Source of the DNA: Acetobacter sp.
GTDB taxonomy: Bacteria; Pseudomonadota; Alphaproteobacteria; Acetobacterales; Acetobacteraceae
Reading direction: 5' to 3'
Assembly: GCF_047723915.1 (NCBI RefSeq)
Contig: NZ_JBDOBQ010000010.1
Location: 12,720-76,719, forward strand
DNA length: 64,000 nt
Shown here: positions 1 to 9,447 of the stretch, in pieces
Numbering within the stretch: position 1 is the first letter of the stretch
Layout: every line of letters begins with the position of its first letter
Made by a program: the position numbers and the translations under genes
Notes under the pieces: model-generated
Seen by the model: the letters and a program-made list of their open reading frames with translations, nothing else
Told to the model about the DNA's origin: nothing
The model's database searches: none

Positions 1-308
1 CCGTCGGGTTGTTCCTCCATGCTGCCTTCAGCCCGGTCCTCGTACGCAAGCACGACAACCCCCGCCTGCGCGCACAGGCCCAGATACCAGAGCTTGTGGC
101 AGGCCGATAATGACGCCACCAGCAGTTCCTCGGGGTTCCAGCGGGTGGCGTCGCCCCGGAACGCAGGGTCGGACGACCCGGCAATGGCGGGCTTGCCGGG
201 TACGCTCATCACATGGTCGCGCGCATAGGTGCTGTATTGTGCAGTACCGTCCCCGGTATTGCCGGTCCATACCACCTGCACGCCATACCGGTGCTGCCTG
301 CCCGCCAT
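1..308 (-). CDS. OsmC family (peroxiredoxin-like) protein, N-terminal part only; the gene runs off the left edge
   Basis: Hand translation of the minus strand from ATG 308-306 (AAGGGA just upstream) gives MAGRQHRYGVQVVWTGNTGDGTAQYSTYARDHVMSVPGKPAIAGSSDPAFRGDATRWNPEELLVASLSACHKLWYLGLCAQAGVVV... This is typical OsmC-fold sequence (RWNPEELL..SL..CH). It is absent from the ORF track because no stop lies in the window. Confidence 0.7.
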   Translation of the reverse strand, partial: MAGRQHRYGVQVVWTGNTGDGTAQYSTYARDHVMSVPGKPAIAGSSDPAFRGDATRWNPEELLVASLSACHKLWYLGLCAQAGVVVLAYEDRAEGSMEEQPD

Positions 309-356
309 TACTGTCCCTTTCAGGCCAGCGGGCAGCATGCACCGAAGGCCGTTTTT

Positions 357-1565
357 TCAGATCACCGCTTCTTCCACAAAGGGTTCGCCCTTGACCACGC
401 GGGCATACCCCAGCGGGGACAGGTCAAGTGCCCGGTATTCACCATACAGAATCTGCTCGGACAGGCCACGCCCGATGGCGGGGGACTGTTGCAGGCCATG
501 ACCGCTGAAGCCGTTGGCGAACAGGAAGTTCGTCACCTCCGGGTGGGGGCCGACAATCACGTTATGGTCCAGCGTGCAGTAGTCGTAATGCCCGGCCCAG
601 GACCGGATGACCTTGAGCGATTCAAAAACCGGAACGCGTTCGGCCAGCACAGGCCAGATCTCGTTTTCGAATTCGTCATGGGCGATATCGAAATCATCCG
701 GGTCGACCGCAGGGTCCGGGTCGGGTTCGGTCCCCATGAGGAAATACTGCCCCTCGGGCCGGAAGAACACGCCGCTGGGGTCGATGGTCAGCGGCACCTT
801 GCCCGCCAGCTTGTCGCGGCAGTCCACCACGAACAGCGAGCGCCGCCGTGGCTCGACCGGAATGTCCAGCCCCGCCATGGCCGCAACCCGCGTGCCATGC
901 GTGCCCGCCGCATTGACCATAACCCCGCACGACACCGTGGCCCCGCTGCGCAGGGTCAGCGCCGTAACCCGGTCGCCGTTGCGTTCAAGCCCCACGACTT
1001 CATCTTCGATATAGGTCGCACCCAGCGACCGCGCCTTGGCCCGCATGCCAAACAGCAGGCCCGTATTGTCGAACCAGCCCTCGCCACTCAGCCCGTAGCT
1101 GCCCAGTTGCAGGTCATCGGCCATCAGCCACGGAAAACGCGCGCGCAGTTCCGCCTGGTCCAGCAGCACGGTTTCGGCCCCCAGATCGGTCTGGGTTTTG
1201 CAGTTGCGGCGCAAAAGGGCCTCGGCCCGGTCGTTATTGGCCAGGAACAGGTAGCCGTTTTCATGCAGGGACAGGTCGATGCCGTCCCCCTCCACGGCGG
1301 AAATGGTCCTGAAATCGCGAATGAACTCGGCCCCGAACATGGACATCTGCACGTTCAGGGGGTTGGAGAACTGGTGGCGGATGGAACTGGATGACAGCGA
1401 TGTGGCCGCCTTCTGGTAAGTCCAGTCCTTTTCGATCACCAGGATGGACCCCTTGAAATCGGGGTTGGACGCCAGAAAATACGCGGTGGCGCTGCCCACG
1501 ACAGCCCCGCCCACGATCACGACATCATACGCGGCCTGCAGGTCCGGCTTGGATACGTCCGACAT
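357..1565 (-). CDS. FAD-dependent oxidoreductase (DAO / glycine-D-amino-acid oxidase family)
   Basis: 402 aa. N-terminal dinucleotide-binding motif VVIVGGAVVGSATAYFLA. Length and overall pattern fit the DAO family. Confidence 0.85.
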   Translation of the reverse strand: MSDVSKPDLQAAYDVVIVGGAVVGSATAYFLASNPDFKGSILVIEKDWTYQKAATSLSSSSIRHQFSNPLNVQMSMFGAEFIRDFRTISAVEGDGIDLSLHENGYLFLANNDRAEALLRRNCKTQTDLGAETVLLDQAELRARFPWLMADDLQLGSYGLSGEGWFDNTGLLFGMRAKARSLGATYIEDEVVGLERNGDRVTALTLRSGATVSCGVMVNAAGTHGTRVAAMAGLDIPVEPRRRSLFVVDCRDKLAGKVPLTIDPSGVFFRPEGQYFLMGTEPDPDPAVDPDDFDIAHDEFENEIWPVLAERVPVFESLKVIRSWAGHYDYCTLDHNVIVGPHPEVTNFLFANGFSGHGLQQSPAIGRGLSEQILYGEYRALDLSPLGYARVVKGEPFVEEAVI

Positions 1566-1568
1566 GGA

Positions 1569-2387
1569 TCAGCCTTTCCGGGCAAGATCGTCAAAATGAC
1601 CGGCGGCGCAGAAACTGCCGCCCTGAAAACGCACGGCGGGGTCGTTCGGGTCGCCCTGTTCCACCTGCGCCATGACCTCGGCCGCGTAATCGTCTGCGCT
1701 GTCCTGCGGCGCATACCCCAGCACGGAGGCATAGTCATTGTTCCAGAACCGCTGGCTGTTGCGCGACGTGGCAAAGCTGATCATGTGCCCCACGCGCGGC
1801 GCATCCAGACAGCAGGCCACAAGGGAGCGGAAGTCGCGATAGGACAGCCAGGTGATCAGGTGCCGCCGGTCCACGGGCTTGGGAAAACACGAGCCGATGC
1901 GCAGGCATACGCTCTCGATCCCGAACTTGTCGAAGTAATAGCGCGACAGGTCCTCGGCATAGGCCTTGGAAACACCATAGAGGCTGTCAGGTCTTTTGGG
2001 GGCATTGGCGTCTATGGTGTGGGTGCGTTCATGAAAGCCCACGGCATGGATGGAGCTGGCATAGACAATGCGGCTTACCCCGCACTGACGGGCGGCCTCA
2101 TACACATTGTACGTGCCGACGATATTGGCGTTCAGCACATCCGTCCACGGCCCTTCCACCGCCTGCCCGCCCAGATGCACGATGGCGTCGCACCCGCGCA
2201 CGGCCTCCAGCACCGCATCCCAGTTGCCCAGATCGGCCACCGTGCTGTCTTCATACGCGGCAAGGTCCGTTATGGCCGTGCGGTCGCTCAGGCGCAAAGC
2301 GGGGGCCAGGTCCTGGCCGGACAGGCGCAACTGCCGGCCCAGCGCACCCGCGGCACCGGTTATCAGAACTTTTTTGAATTTGCTCAT
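1569..2387 (-). CDS. NAD-dependent epimerase/dehydratase-type SDR, uronate-dehydrogenase-like
   Basis: 272 aa. Contains VLITGAAGALG Rossmann motif, YGVSK catalytic motif, LRIGSCFPKP and PNDPAVRFQGGSF. These resemble Agrobacterium/Pseudomonas Udh as I remember it. Confidence 0.75.
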   Translation of the reverse strand: MSKFKKVLITGAAGALGRQLRLSGQDLAPALRLSDRTAITDLAAYEDSTVADLGNWDAVLEAVRGCDAIVHLGGQAVEGPWTDVLNANIVGTYNVYEAARQCGVSRIVYASSIHAVGFHERTHTIDANAPKRPDSLYGVSKAYAEDLSRYYFDKFGIESVCLRIGSCFPKPVDRRHLITWLSYRDFRSLVACCLDAPRVGHMISFATSRNSQRFWNNDYASVLGYAPQDSADDYAAEVMAQVEQGDPNDPAVRFQGGSFCAAGHFDDLARKG

Positions 2388-2394
2388 GACCCGA

Positions 2395-3729
2395 TCATCC
2401 TTTTTTCAATGTGGAGAGACACGCGACCATCGCCGCCAGGGCGGTTCGCAGGTTCTCCTCCGATGTCGCGAAAGACAGACGCAGATAATTGCCGACCCCG
2501 AAGGCCTGCCCGGGCACCACGGCCACGCCGCCTTCGTCCAGCAGGTAGTCGGCCAGGGCGATATCATCCCCGATCAGGCGGCCATCGGGCGTGTAACGGC
2601 CAAGATAGGCGCTGCATTCGGGAAAAATGTAGAACGCGCCATCCGGCGGAACCACGCGCAGTTCCGTTCCGGCCAGCCCGTCCAGCACCAGGGCGCGGCG
2701 GCGCGTATAGGCGGCCTGCGCCTCGACCAGAAAATCCTGCGGGCCGTCAAGGGCCGCGGCCGCCGCCACCTGCGAGATGGAGGACGGGCAGGTCGTGGTT
2801 TGCGATTCCAGCTTGTTCAGCGTCCTGATCAGCCCCGCCGGACCCGCCGCGTAACCCAGCCGCCAGCCGGTCATGGCATAGGCCTTGGACACGCCGTTCA
2901 CCACCAGCGTGCGGTCTTTCAGCGCCGGGCACGCCTTGGGAAAGGAGCAGACCTCCACACCGTCAAAGCGGATATGCTCGTAAATCTCGTCGGACATGAT
3001 GCAGACCTGCGGGTGGCGTTCAAGCACGGCCCCCAGCGCCTGCAGTTCGGCCTGCGTATACACGGCACCCGACGGGTTGGACGGGTTGTTGAGCATCAGC
3101 CAGCGTGTCTGCGGGGTAATGGCAGCCGCAAGCCGTTCGGGCGCGAGCTTGAAGTTGCTCTCCGCCCCGCAGGGCAGCAGCACCGCCTGCCCGCCATTAT
3201 ACTCCACCATGTCACGATAGGAGAGCCAGAAGGGGGCCGGGATCAGCACCGTGTCACCGGGGTTGAGAGACCCCATGAACAGATCGAACAGGATCTGCTT
3301 GGCACCCACGCCAACGGCAATTTCATCCGCCGTGTAGGTCAGCCCGTTTTCACGCGCGAACTTGCGGATAATGGCGTCTTTGAGCACCGCAAGGCCGGAC
3401 GGGCCGGTGTAATGCGTCAACCCGCCCTGCATGGCCTCAAGCGCTGCCTGCACGATGGGGGCTGGCGTGTTGAAGTCGGGCTCGCCCAATGACAGGTCGA
3501 ACACCGTGCGCCCCTGTGCGCGCAGGGCCGTCGCACGCATGGACGCGGCCATGGCGGCGGACAGGCGGATACCCGCCGTGCGCGCGTTTTCAAAACACGG
3601 GCCGGATACCGCACCGGACACCGCACCGAGCACACAGCCGGCGGTCGGGGCCGAAACCGGGCCCGAAGCCGGCGCGGCGGATACGCTGGCCGATACCGTG
3701 GCACCCGGGGCGTTGCCTGCCATGCTCAT
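2395..3729 (-). CDS. PLP-dependent aminotransferase, class I/II (aspartate aminotransferase-like)
   Basis: Contains LSLGEPDFNTP, NNPSNPSG and SKAYAMTGWRLGY (PLP-lysine motif). I trimmed the track ORF (to 3792) to ATG 3729, which forms an ATGA overlap with the stop of the upstream gene at 3726-3728. Confidence 0.85.
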   Translation of the reverse strand: MSMAGNAPGATVSASVSAAPASGPVSAPTAGCVLGAVSGAVSGPCFENARTAGIRLSAAMAASMRATALRAQGRTVFDLSLGEPDFNTPAPIVQAALEAMQGGLTHYTGPSGLAVLKDAIIRKFARENGLTYTADEIAVGVGAKQILFDLFMGSLNPGDTVLIPAPFWLSYRDMVEYNGGQAVLLPCGAESNFKLAPERLAAAITPQTRWLMLNNPSNPSGAVYTQAELQALGAVLERHPQVCIMSDEIYEHIRFDGVEVCSFPKACPALKDRTLVVNGVSKAYAMTGWRLGYAAGPAGLIRTLNKLESQTTTCPSSISQVAAAAALDGPQDFLVEAQAAYTRRRALVLDGLAGTELRVVPPDGAFYIFPECSAYLGRYTPDGRLIGDDIALADYLLDEGGVAVVPGQAFGVGNYLRLSFATSEENLRTALAAMVACLSTLKKG

Positions 3730-5366
3730 GCCCCCTGCCCCGACTGACCAACTGCCGCCACGTAGCCGTTGCTGGTGTCGTATTCCTGCCATTCGGCCGG
3801 GCGTTGCGCGGGATCACCATAACCGCCGCCACCCGGCAGGTTCAGCACCAGCCTGCGACCGGGCGGCACATCCTGCTTGCCCTTGCCGCGCAGGCGCGTG
3901 CCGTCATCCAGCGCGACCGAACCGGGTGCGCCCGCCTGCCCGCCCGCGCGGCCCAGAGCGGGGTTGTCGATCCGGTCGAACATGGCCGAGAACTGGAGTT
4001 TGTAGCCTTCGGCCGCCTCGATCTCGATCGTCTGGCCCAACCCGCCGCGATACTGCCCGGCACCGCCGGAGCCTTCGCGCAGTTCCTTGCGCCAGATAAT
4101 GACCGGGCCGACATGCTCGGTCGCTTCCACGGGCATGGTATGCACCCCGCTGGGGAAGGCAGTAGCGTTCATGCCGTCCAGCGTGGGGCGCGCACCCGTG
4201 CCCCCACTGTTGAACATGAGCATTTCCGCATTGCGGCCTGTCTGGCCCGGCAGGGGGCGCAGGCTCATATGCAGGTTCCACAACGCACCAGCCCCTTCCG
4301 CCGGAACGCGGTCGGGCAGGGCCTTGTGCAGCGCACCCAGCACCAGATCGGGCACGAAATGCCCCAGCACATGCCGCACCGACACCGGAGCCGGACGCTG
4401 CGCGTTGAGAATGCAGTTATCGGGCGCGGACACGCTGAAGGGTTCGAGCGAGCCGAAATTATTGGGAATTTCCGGCGCTACGATACATTTGATCCCGTAG
4501 CACGCATACGCCATGACATAGACCAGCGGCACGTTGATACCAAAGCGGCTGGGGCCGGACGTGCCAGAAAAGTCGACATGCACGGTATCGCCCTTGATGG
4601 TCAGGGTCGCGTGCAGTTCCACCGGTTCGTCATACCCGTCAAGGCGCAGGCTGTTGGTCCACTGCCCCTGCGGCAGGGCCGCCAGCCGTTCGCGCGTGGC
4701 GCGGCCGCTATGGCCCAGAATGAACCCGCCCAGATGTTCGAGATCGGCCATGCCGAATTCGCGCATCATGTCCACAAGGCGGCTGTGGCCCGCATCGTTA
4801 CAGGCGGCAAGGGCGAAGATATCGCCCACAACCTTGTCGTCCTCACGCACGTTGTTGCGCACGATATGCAGCAGCGTGTCGTTCTGCCTGCCCGCATCGA
4901 ACAGTTTCATGATCGGGATGAACAGGCCTTCTTCATAGACCTCGTTCGCATCCGGCCCGAAGCCTCGGCCACCCACATCCACCACATGGGCGGTAGAGGC
5001 AAAATACCCGATCAGCCTGCCATCGAGAAAAGACGGCGTGACAACCGTGATATCGTGCAGATGGCCCGTACCCTTCCATGGATCGTTGGTGATGTACACA
5101 TCACCTTCATGGATATTGTCCGGCCCGATATCGGTTATGAAATGCCCGACCGATTCCGCCATGGCGTTCACATGCCCGGGTGTGCCGGTCACGGCCTGGG
5201 CCAGCATGCGCCCGCGCACGTCGAAAATACCGGCCGACAGGTCTCCCGCCTCACGCACGGAGGTGGAAAACGCGGTGCGGATCAGGGCCTGGGCCTGTTC
5301 CTCCACCACGGAAATCAGCCGGTTCCACATCACCTGCATGTGGATATCAACAAATGTGTCCTGCAT
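3726..5366 (-). CDS. hyuB: Hydantoinase B / oxoprolinase family protein
   Basis: VMWNRLISVVEEQAQAL... and the overall sequence are typical of Hydantoinase_B. Start moved to ATG 5366, which has GGAG about 9 nt upstream; the track start is 5420. Confidence 0.85.
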   Translation of the reverse strand: MQDTFVDIHMQVMWNRLISVVEEQAQALIRTAFSTSVREAGDLSAGIFDVRGRMLAQAVTGTPGHVNAMAESVGHFITDIGPDNIHEGDVYITNDPWKGTGHLHDITVVTPSFLDGRLIGYFASTAHVVDVGGRGFGPDANEVYEEGLFIPIMKLFDAGRQNDTLLHIVRNNVREDDKVVGDIFALAACNDAGHSRLVDMMREFGMADLEHLGGFILGHSGRATRERLAALPQGQWTNSLRLDGYDEPVELHATLTIKGDTVHVDFSGTSGPSRFGINVPLVYVMAYACYGIKCIVAPEIPNNFGSLEPFSVSAPDNCILNAQRPAPVSVRHVLGHFVPDLVLGALHKALPDRVPAEGAGALWNLHMSLRPLPGQTGRNAEMLMFNSGGTGARPTLDGMNATAFPSGVHTMPVEATEHVGPVIIWRKELREGSGGAGQYRGGLGQTIEIEAAEGYKLQFSAMFDRIDNPALGRAGGQAGAPGSVALDDGTRLRGKGKQDVPPGRRLVLNLPGGGGYGDPAQRPAEWQEYDTSNGYVAAVGQSGQGA

Positions 5367-5391
5367 TGATGTCTGCTCCACGCTGCTGGGG

Positions 5392-7473
5392 TTAATGGCG
5401 GGTGGCCAGAAGGCTGCCATCCGACTGGACGGTGGCCGTGAACTGCGCGCTCAGGATGGTTGTGGTCTCGGCCTCGGTAATAATGGCGGGGCCTGCGACA
5501 ACATCGCCCGGCACCAACTCCGCGCGTTCCACCACCTGGGCGGATACGAAAGACCGGCTGACGGAATCAAAGAGTTTGCGTGACACGCCCGAGGTGATCT
5601 GCCGTGTGGCACCCACCGGGGTTGCGGGCTGCGCCCGCTCCACCGGCGTGCTGACCCGCAGCGACCAGCTTACGATCTCGACCTCCGGCCCGACAATGGC
5701 GCGGCCGAAAAAGCGCGTATATTCCTTCATGAATTCGGCCCCGATCGCAGCGGTGTCGCCCGCGTGGAACACCTCGAATGGCAGGCGGACGGGAATATCC
5801 CAGCCCTGCCCGGCATAACGCATGAAGGCCGTGCATTCGACCGTGGTGGCCGCACTGCTTTCAATGGCCGAGACAAAGCCCAGGGCCTCGTCACGCATGG
5901 ACTCCAGCAGGGCGGCAACCCTGGGCTGCTCGAAGCGTGACAGTTCCACCCGGCCGCTGCGCACCGTCTCGTAGCCGAACGGGGCCAGCAGGAAGCCGAT
6001 GGCCGAGCCCACACCCGCACCCGGCGGCACGATAAAGCTGTCGATCCCCAGCTTTTCGCACAGGCGGGCCGCATGCAGCGGGCCGCCGCCACCAAAGGTG
6101 ATCATGGTGAAAGTGCTGATATCCTTGCCGCTTTCAATGGCATGCACGCGGGCGGCGTTGGACATGTTCTCGTCCACCACCTCGCACACGCCGTAAGCCG
6201 AAGCCTCGACCGAAAGGCCGATCTGCGCGCCAATGTCCTGATCCAGCGCATGGGACGCGGCAGGCACGGACAGCGCCACCTTGCCACCGGCAAAGTTGTC
6301 GGGGTCCAGCTTGCCCAGTACCAGATTGGCGTCCGTCACGGTGGGGTTGATACCGCCCCGCTGGTAGCAGGCAGGCCCGGGTTCGGATGCGGCACTTTTC
6401 GGCCCCACGCGGATCTGGCGCAGCGAATCCACACTGGCGATGGACCCGCCGCCCGCCCCGATTTCGACCATTTCCACCACGGGAATGGATATGACCATGC
6501 CGCTGCCCTTGCGGAACCGATAGGTACGCGCGACCTCGAAGCTCTTGGCGGTCTTGGGCACGTAGTCCTCGACAAGGCAGATCTTGGCGGTGGTGCCGCC
6601 CATGTCGAAGGACACGACATGCTCGCGCCCATGGCGGCGGGCCACGTCCTCGGCAAAGATCACCCCGCCCGCCGGACCCGATTCGACCAGCCGCACCGGA
6701 AATTCCGCCGCGTGTTCGAGCGAGATAATACCGCCGCCGGAATGGATCATGTAGACAGGGCAGCCCATGCCGCGCGCCGCCAGCGCCTTGACCAGCCTGT
6801 CGAGATACGCCTTGATGACAGGCTTGACGTAGGCATTGGCGCAGACGGTGTTGAAGCGTTCCAGTTCGCGGAACTGCGGCGCCACCTCGGAGGAGATGGA
6901 AATGGACACGTCGGGCAGCCGGGCCAGAATGGCGTCACGCACCAGGCGTTCATGCGCGCCGTTGGCATAGGCGTGAATAAACCCGATGGCGACGCTTTCG
7001 TACCCGCCTTCGGCCAGGCGGGTGATCAGCGCGTCCAGCGCCGCGCGGTCCACATCCAGCAGCACCTGACCCGCCGCATCCATGCGCTCGCGCACCACAA
7101 AGCGGTCCGCGCGGCTGATCAGGGCGGGGGGCAGGGTGATGTTCAGGTCATACTGTTCGAACCGGTTTTCGGTGCGCATTTCCAGCACATCGCGAAACCC
7201 CTCGGTGGTGACGAACGCGGTGCGCGCGCCACGCCGCTCGATCAGCGAATTGGTGGCCAGCGTGGTGCCATGCACCACAACCCCGATCTCGGCCAGCGCT
7301 ACGCCCGCATCGGCGCAGACCTGCTCGATTCCCTTGAGAATAGCCCGCTCGGGCGCTTCGTAATCCGTAAGAACCTTGGTGGAAACCAGCCGCCCGTCGA
7401 CCTTGAGCGCGACATCCGTAAAGGTGCCACCAATATCCACGCCAACACGACAGTCCTTGTGCCCCGACGCCAT
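5392..7473 (-). CDS. hyuA: Hydantoinase A / oxoprolinase family protein
   Basis: The CRVGVDIGGTFTDV N-terminus and ~690-aa length are typical of Hydantoinase_A. Start trimmed to ATG 7473 (MASGHKDCRVGVDIGG). Confidence 0.85.
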   Translation of the reverse strand: MASGHKDCRVGVDIGGTFTDVALKVDGRLVSTKVLTDYEAPERAILKGIEQVCADAGVALAEIGVVVHGTTLATNSLIERRGARTAFVTTEGFRDVLEMRTENRFEQYDLNITLPPALISRADRFVVRERMDAAGQVLLDVDRAALDALITRLAEGGYESVAIGFIHAYANGAHERLVRDAILARLPDVSISISSEVAPQFRELERFNTVCANAYVKPVIKAYLDRLVKALAARGMGCPVYMIHSGGGIISLEHAAEFPVRLVESGPAGGVIFAEDVARRHGREHVVSFDMGGTTAKICLVEDYVPKTAKSFEVARTYRFRKGSGMVISIPVVEMVEIGAGGGSIASVDSLRQIRVGPKSAASEPGPACYQRGGINPTVTDANLVLGKLDPDNFAGGKVALSVPAASHALDQDIGAQIGLSVEASAYGVCEVVDENMSNAARVHAIESGKDISTFTMITFGGGGPLHAARLCEKLGIDSFIVPPGAGVGSAIGFLLAPFGYETVRSGRVELSRFEQPRVAALLESMRDEALGFVSAIESSAATTVECTAFMRYAGQGWDIPVRLPFEVFHAGDTAAIGAEFMKEYTRFFGRAIVGPEVEIVSWSLRVSTPVERAQPATPVGATRQITSGVSRKLFDSVSRSFVSAQVVERAELVPGDVVAGPAIITEAETTTILSAQFTATVQSDGSLLATRH

Positions 7474-7527
7474 CCCGACACTCCCAGATTCGTGGCGGCA
7501 CCCGCGCGCCGCCCATAAATTTATAAT

Positions 7528-7546
7528 ACAGGTCATATTGACTTGT
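7528..7546. promoter_or_regulatory. Imperfect palindrome ACAgGTCA-TAT-TGACtTGT in the hyuA/permease divergent spacer; candidate operator
   Basis: 7 of 8 arm positions are complementary. It directly follows a TATAAT hexamer (7522-7527) and lies inside an AT-rich 160-nt divergent intergenic region. Confidence 0.3.
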
Positions 7547-7632
7547 ATGATTTGTGTCAATGACGTATCGTTCTTTTATGACAACGACCATCGCCGCTGT
7601 TCCGGACCGCAAAACTGGAGATACATACAGGC

Positions 7633-9183
7633 ATGACTGAAAACACCCCCCACCCCGCACCGGACGGTGCCCGCAGGCTCGGCCTGCTGGACCTGGTGTT
7701 TATCGGCTGCGGCGCCACGTTCGGTTCGGGGTGGCTGTTCGCCGCGTCCAAGGTGGCAGGCATGGCCGGGGTGTATTCGCTCTATAGCTGGGCGGTGGGT
7801 GGGCTGATCGCGCTGCTGCTGGGGTTCATCTACTGCGAACTGGGGGCCGCCCTGCCCAAGACCGGCGGCGTTGTGCGATACCCCTATATATCGCACGGGG
7901 ATTTTCTGGGCTTCAACATCAGTCTTGTCACACTTGTCGCGTTTTCCTCCATTGTTGCGATCGAGGTGGTGGCCGCGCGGCAATATGCCTCGGGCGCGTT
8001 CCCGTTCCTGGGCCATGCGGACGGATCGCCCACGCTGGCGGGCTGGCTGGTACAGTTCGCGTTCCTGCTCTTTGCCTATTTCGTCAACCGCAAGAGCGCC
8101 AAGTCCTTCGCGTGGATCAACAACATTGTCACGACCCTTAAATTCTCGGTGCCGTTCCTGAGCATTGTCGTGCTGGCCATGCATTTTTCTACAGCCCCCT
8201 TCCATGTGCCGCTGGGCAGCGCAACGCCGCTGGCATCGGTTGTCGTGGCGTTGTCCACGGGGGGGATCATTTTCTCCTATCTGGGGCTGACCCCGATCGT
8301 GGCTGCGGCAGGCGAGGTCAGGAACCCCCAGCGCAACGTGCCCATAGCCCTGTGTACGGCCGTGCTGTTCACGGGGGTTGTATATCTTGCGTTGCAGACG
8401 GTGTTTATCGGCAATATTCCCATGGCCGATCTCAGGAACGGCTGGGTTGATATTCCCGGCCTGTTTCCCCTGCCTTTTCACGACATCATGCTGGTGATCG
8501 GGGCGGCGTGGCTGGGGCGGCTGGTCCTGGTGGATGCGTGTGTTTCCCCCCTTGGCACGGGCAACGTGTTCATGAACTCCACCTGCCGCGTGGCCCAGGC
8601 CTGGCTGGAGGAACTTGGCGCGGCCCCCACCCAGCCCGACCCCGACAGGCCCATAGGCCCCCGCGCCATGGGCCTGTCCTTCGCACTGTGCTTTTTCTGG
8701 ACCCTGCCTTTTCCGTCCTGGTCCAGCCTTGTGGGCGTGGTGTCCACCGCCCTGGTCATGAGCTACACTTTCGTACCCGTTGTCATGGCAGCACTCCGCC
8801 GCACGGCCCCTGACATGCCCCGCCCCTTCCGGGTGTGGTGCCCGCAGGTTGTCGGCCCGATCTCGTTCATCCTGTCCTCCTTCGTCATTCTCTGGGCTGG
8901 CTGGAACACGGTCGCATGGCTGATCGGCGGGCAGTTCGTGCTGTGCGTCGCGTACCTGATCTACCAGCTACCCCGCCGTACGACATGCAACGGGCTGCGT
9001 TCGGCGGGCTGGGTGCTGGCCTATTACGCGGGCATGATCGTGTTTGCCTGGGCCGATCAGACCCAGGCCATGGAAACACTGCGCAGCCCCGCCCTTCTGG
9101 CCGCTTTTATCGTGTTCCTGTGGGGCATTTACCTGTGGGCCGCCCGCAGCGGGCAGGATGTCGACCATGCGCAGTTCGCCTGA
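7633..9183 (+). CDS. APC-family amino acid permease
   Basis: 516 aa, polytopic hydrophobic protein. The N-terminal LLDLVFIGCGATFGSGWLF is typical of amino acid permeases. Confidence 0.85.
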   Translation: MTENTPHPAPDGARRLGLLDLVFIGCGATFGSGWLFAASKVAGMAGVYSLYSWAVGGLIALLLGFIYCELGAALPKTGGVVRYPYISHGDFLGFNISLVTLVAFSSIVAIEVVAARQYASGAFPFLGHADGSPTLAGWLVQFAFLLFAYFVNRKSAKSFAWINNIVTTLKFSVPFLSIVVLAMHFSTAPFHVPLGSATPLASVVVALSTGGIIFSYLGLTPIVAAAGEVRNPQRNVPIALCTAVLFTGVVYLALQTVFIGNIPMADLRNGWVDIPGLFPLPFHDIMLVIGAAWLGRLVLVDACVSPLGTGNVFMNSTCRVAQAWLEELGAAPTQPDPDRPIGPRAMGLSFALCFFWTLPFPSWSSLVGVVSTALVMSYTFVPVVMAALRRTAPDMPRPFRVWCPQVVGPISFILSSFVILWAGWNTVAWLIGGQFVLCVAYLIYQLPRRTTCNGLRSAGWVLAYYAGMIVFAWADQTQAMETLRSPALLAAFIVFLWGIYLWAARSGQDVDHAQFA

Positions 9184-9228
9184 CAGACCATGCCTGACGG
9201 ATGCAACGGCCAGGTCCTTATGCCGCAC

Positions 9229-9315
9229 TACCTGACGGGTCCACCTGAGCAGCCCACCTGACGGCCCATCCGGCGGGCACCTCCGGTGGGCACACCCGGC
9301 AGGCATGCCCGCCGG
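9229..9315. repeat. Degenerate 12-nt periodic tract (about 7 units)
   Basis: tacctgacgggt/ccacctgagcag/cccacctgacgg/cccatccggcgg/gcacctccggtg/ggcacacccggc/aggcatgcccgc, read directly from the sequence. Confidence 0.6.
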
Positions 9316-9447
9316 GATATCATACATTTCCCCTATCCTATCAGACAGGAACAGTATTTTTCATGTCGTTTGCTCCAGCACCCCGTGGCCTGCCGCCACA
9401 CAATGCAGCCCCCCATGCCACCGCCCCGCACCATGGAGGCATCGCCC

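Noticed and set aside
213-7518. Series of long plus-strand ORFs (213-1394, 1596-2828, 2107-3492, 3489-5369, 6073-7518)
   Set aside because: All are antisense to well-supported minus-strand enzymes (FAD oxidoreductase, SDR, aminotransferase, HyuB, HyuA). Their products are R/G/H/P-rich with no motifs.
7576-8481. 301-aa minus-strand ORF
   Set aside because: It is antisense to the APC permease. The product is a highly charged R/Q/G-rich string with no domain.
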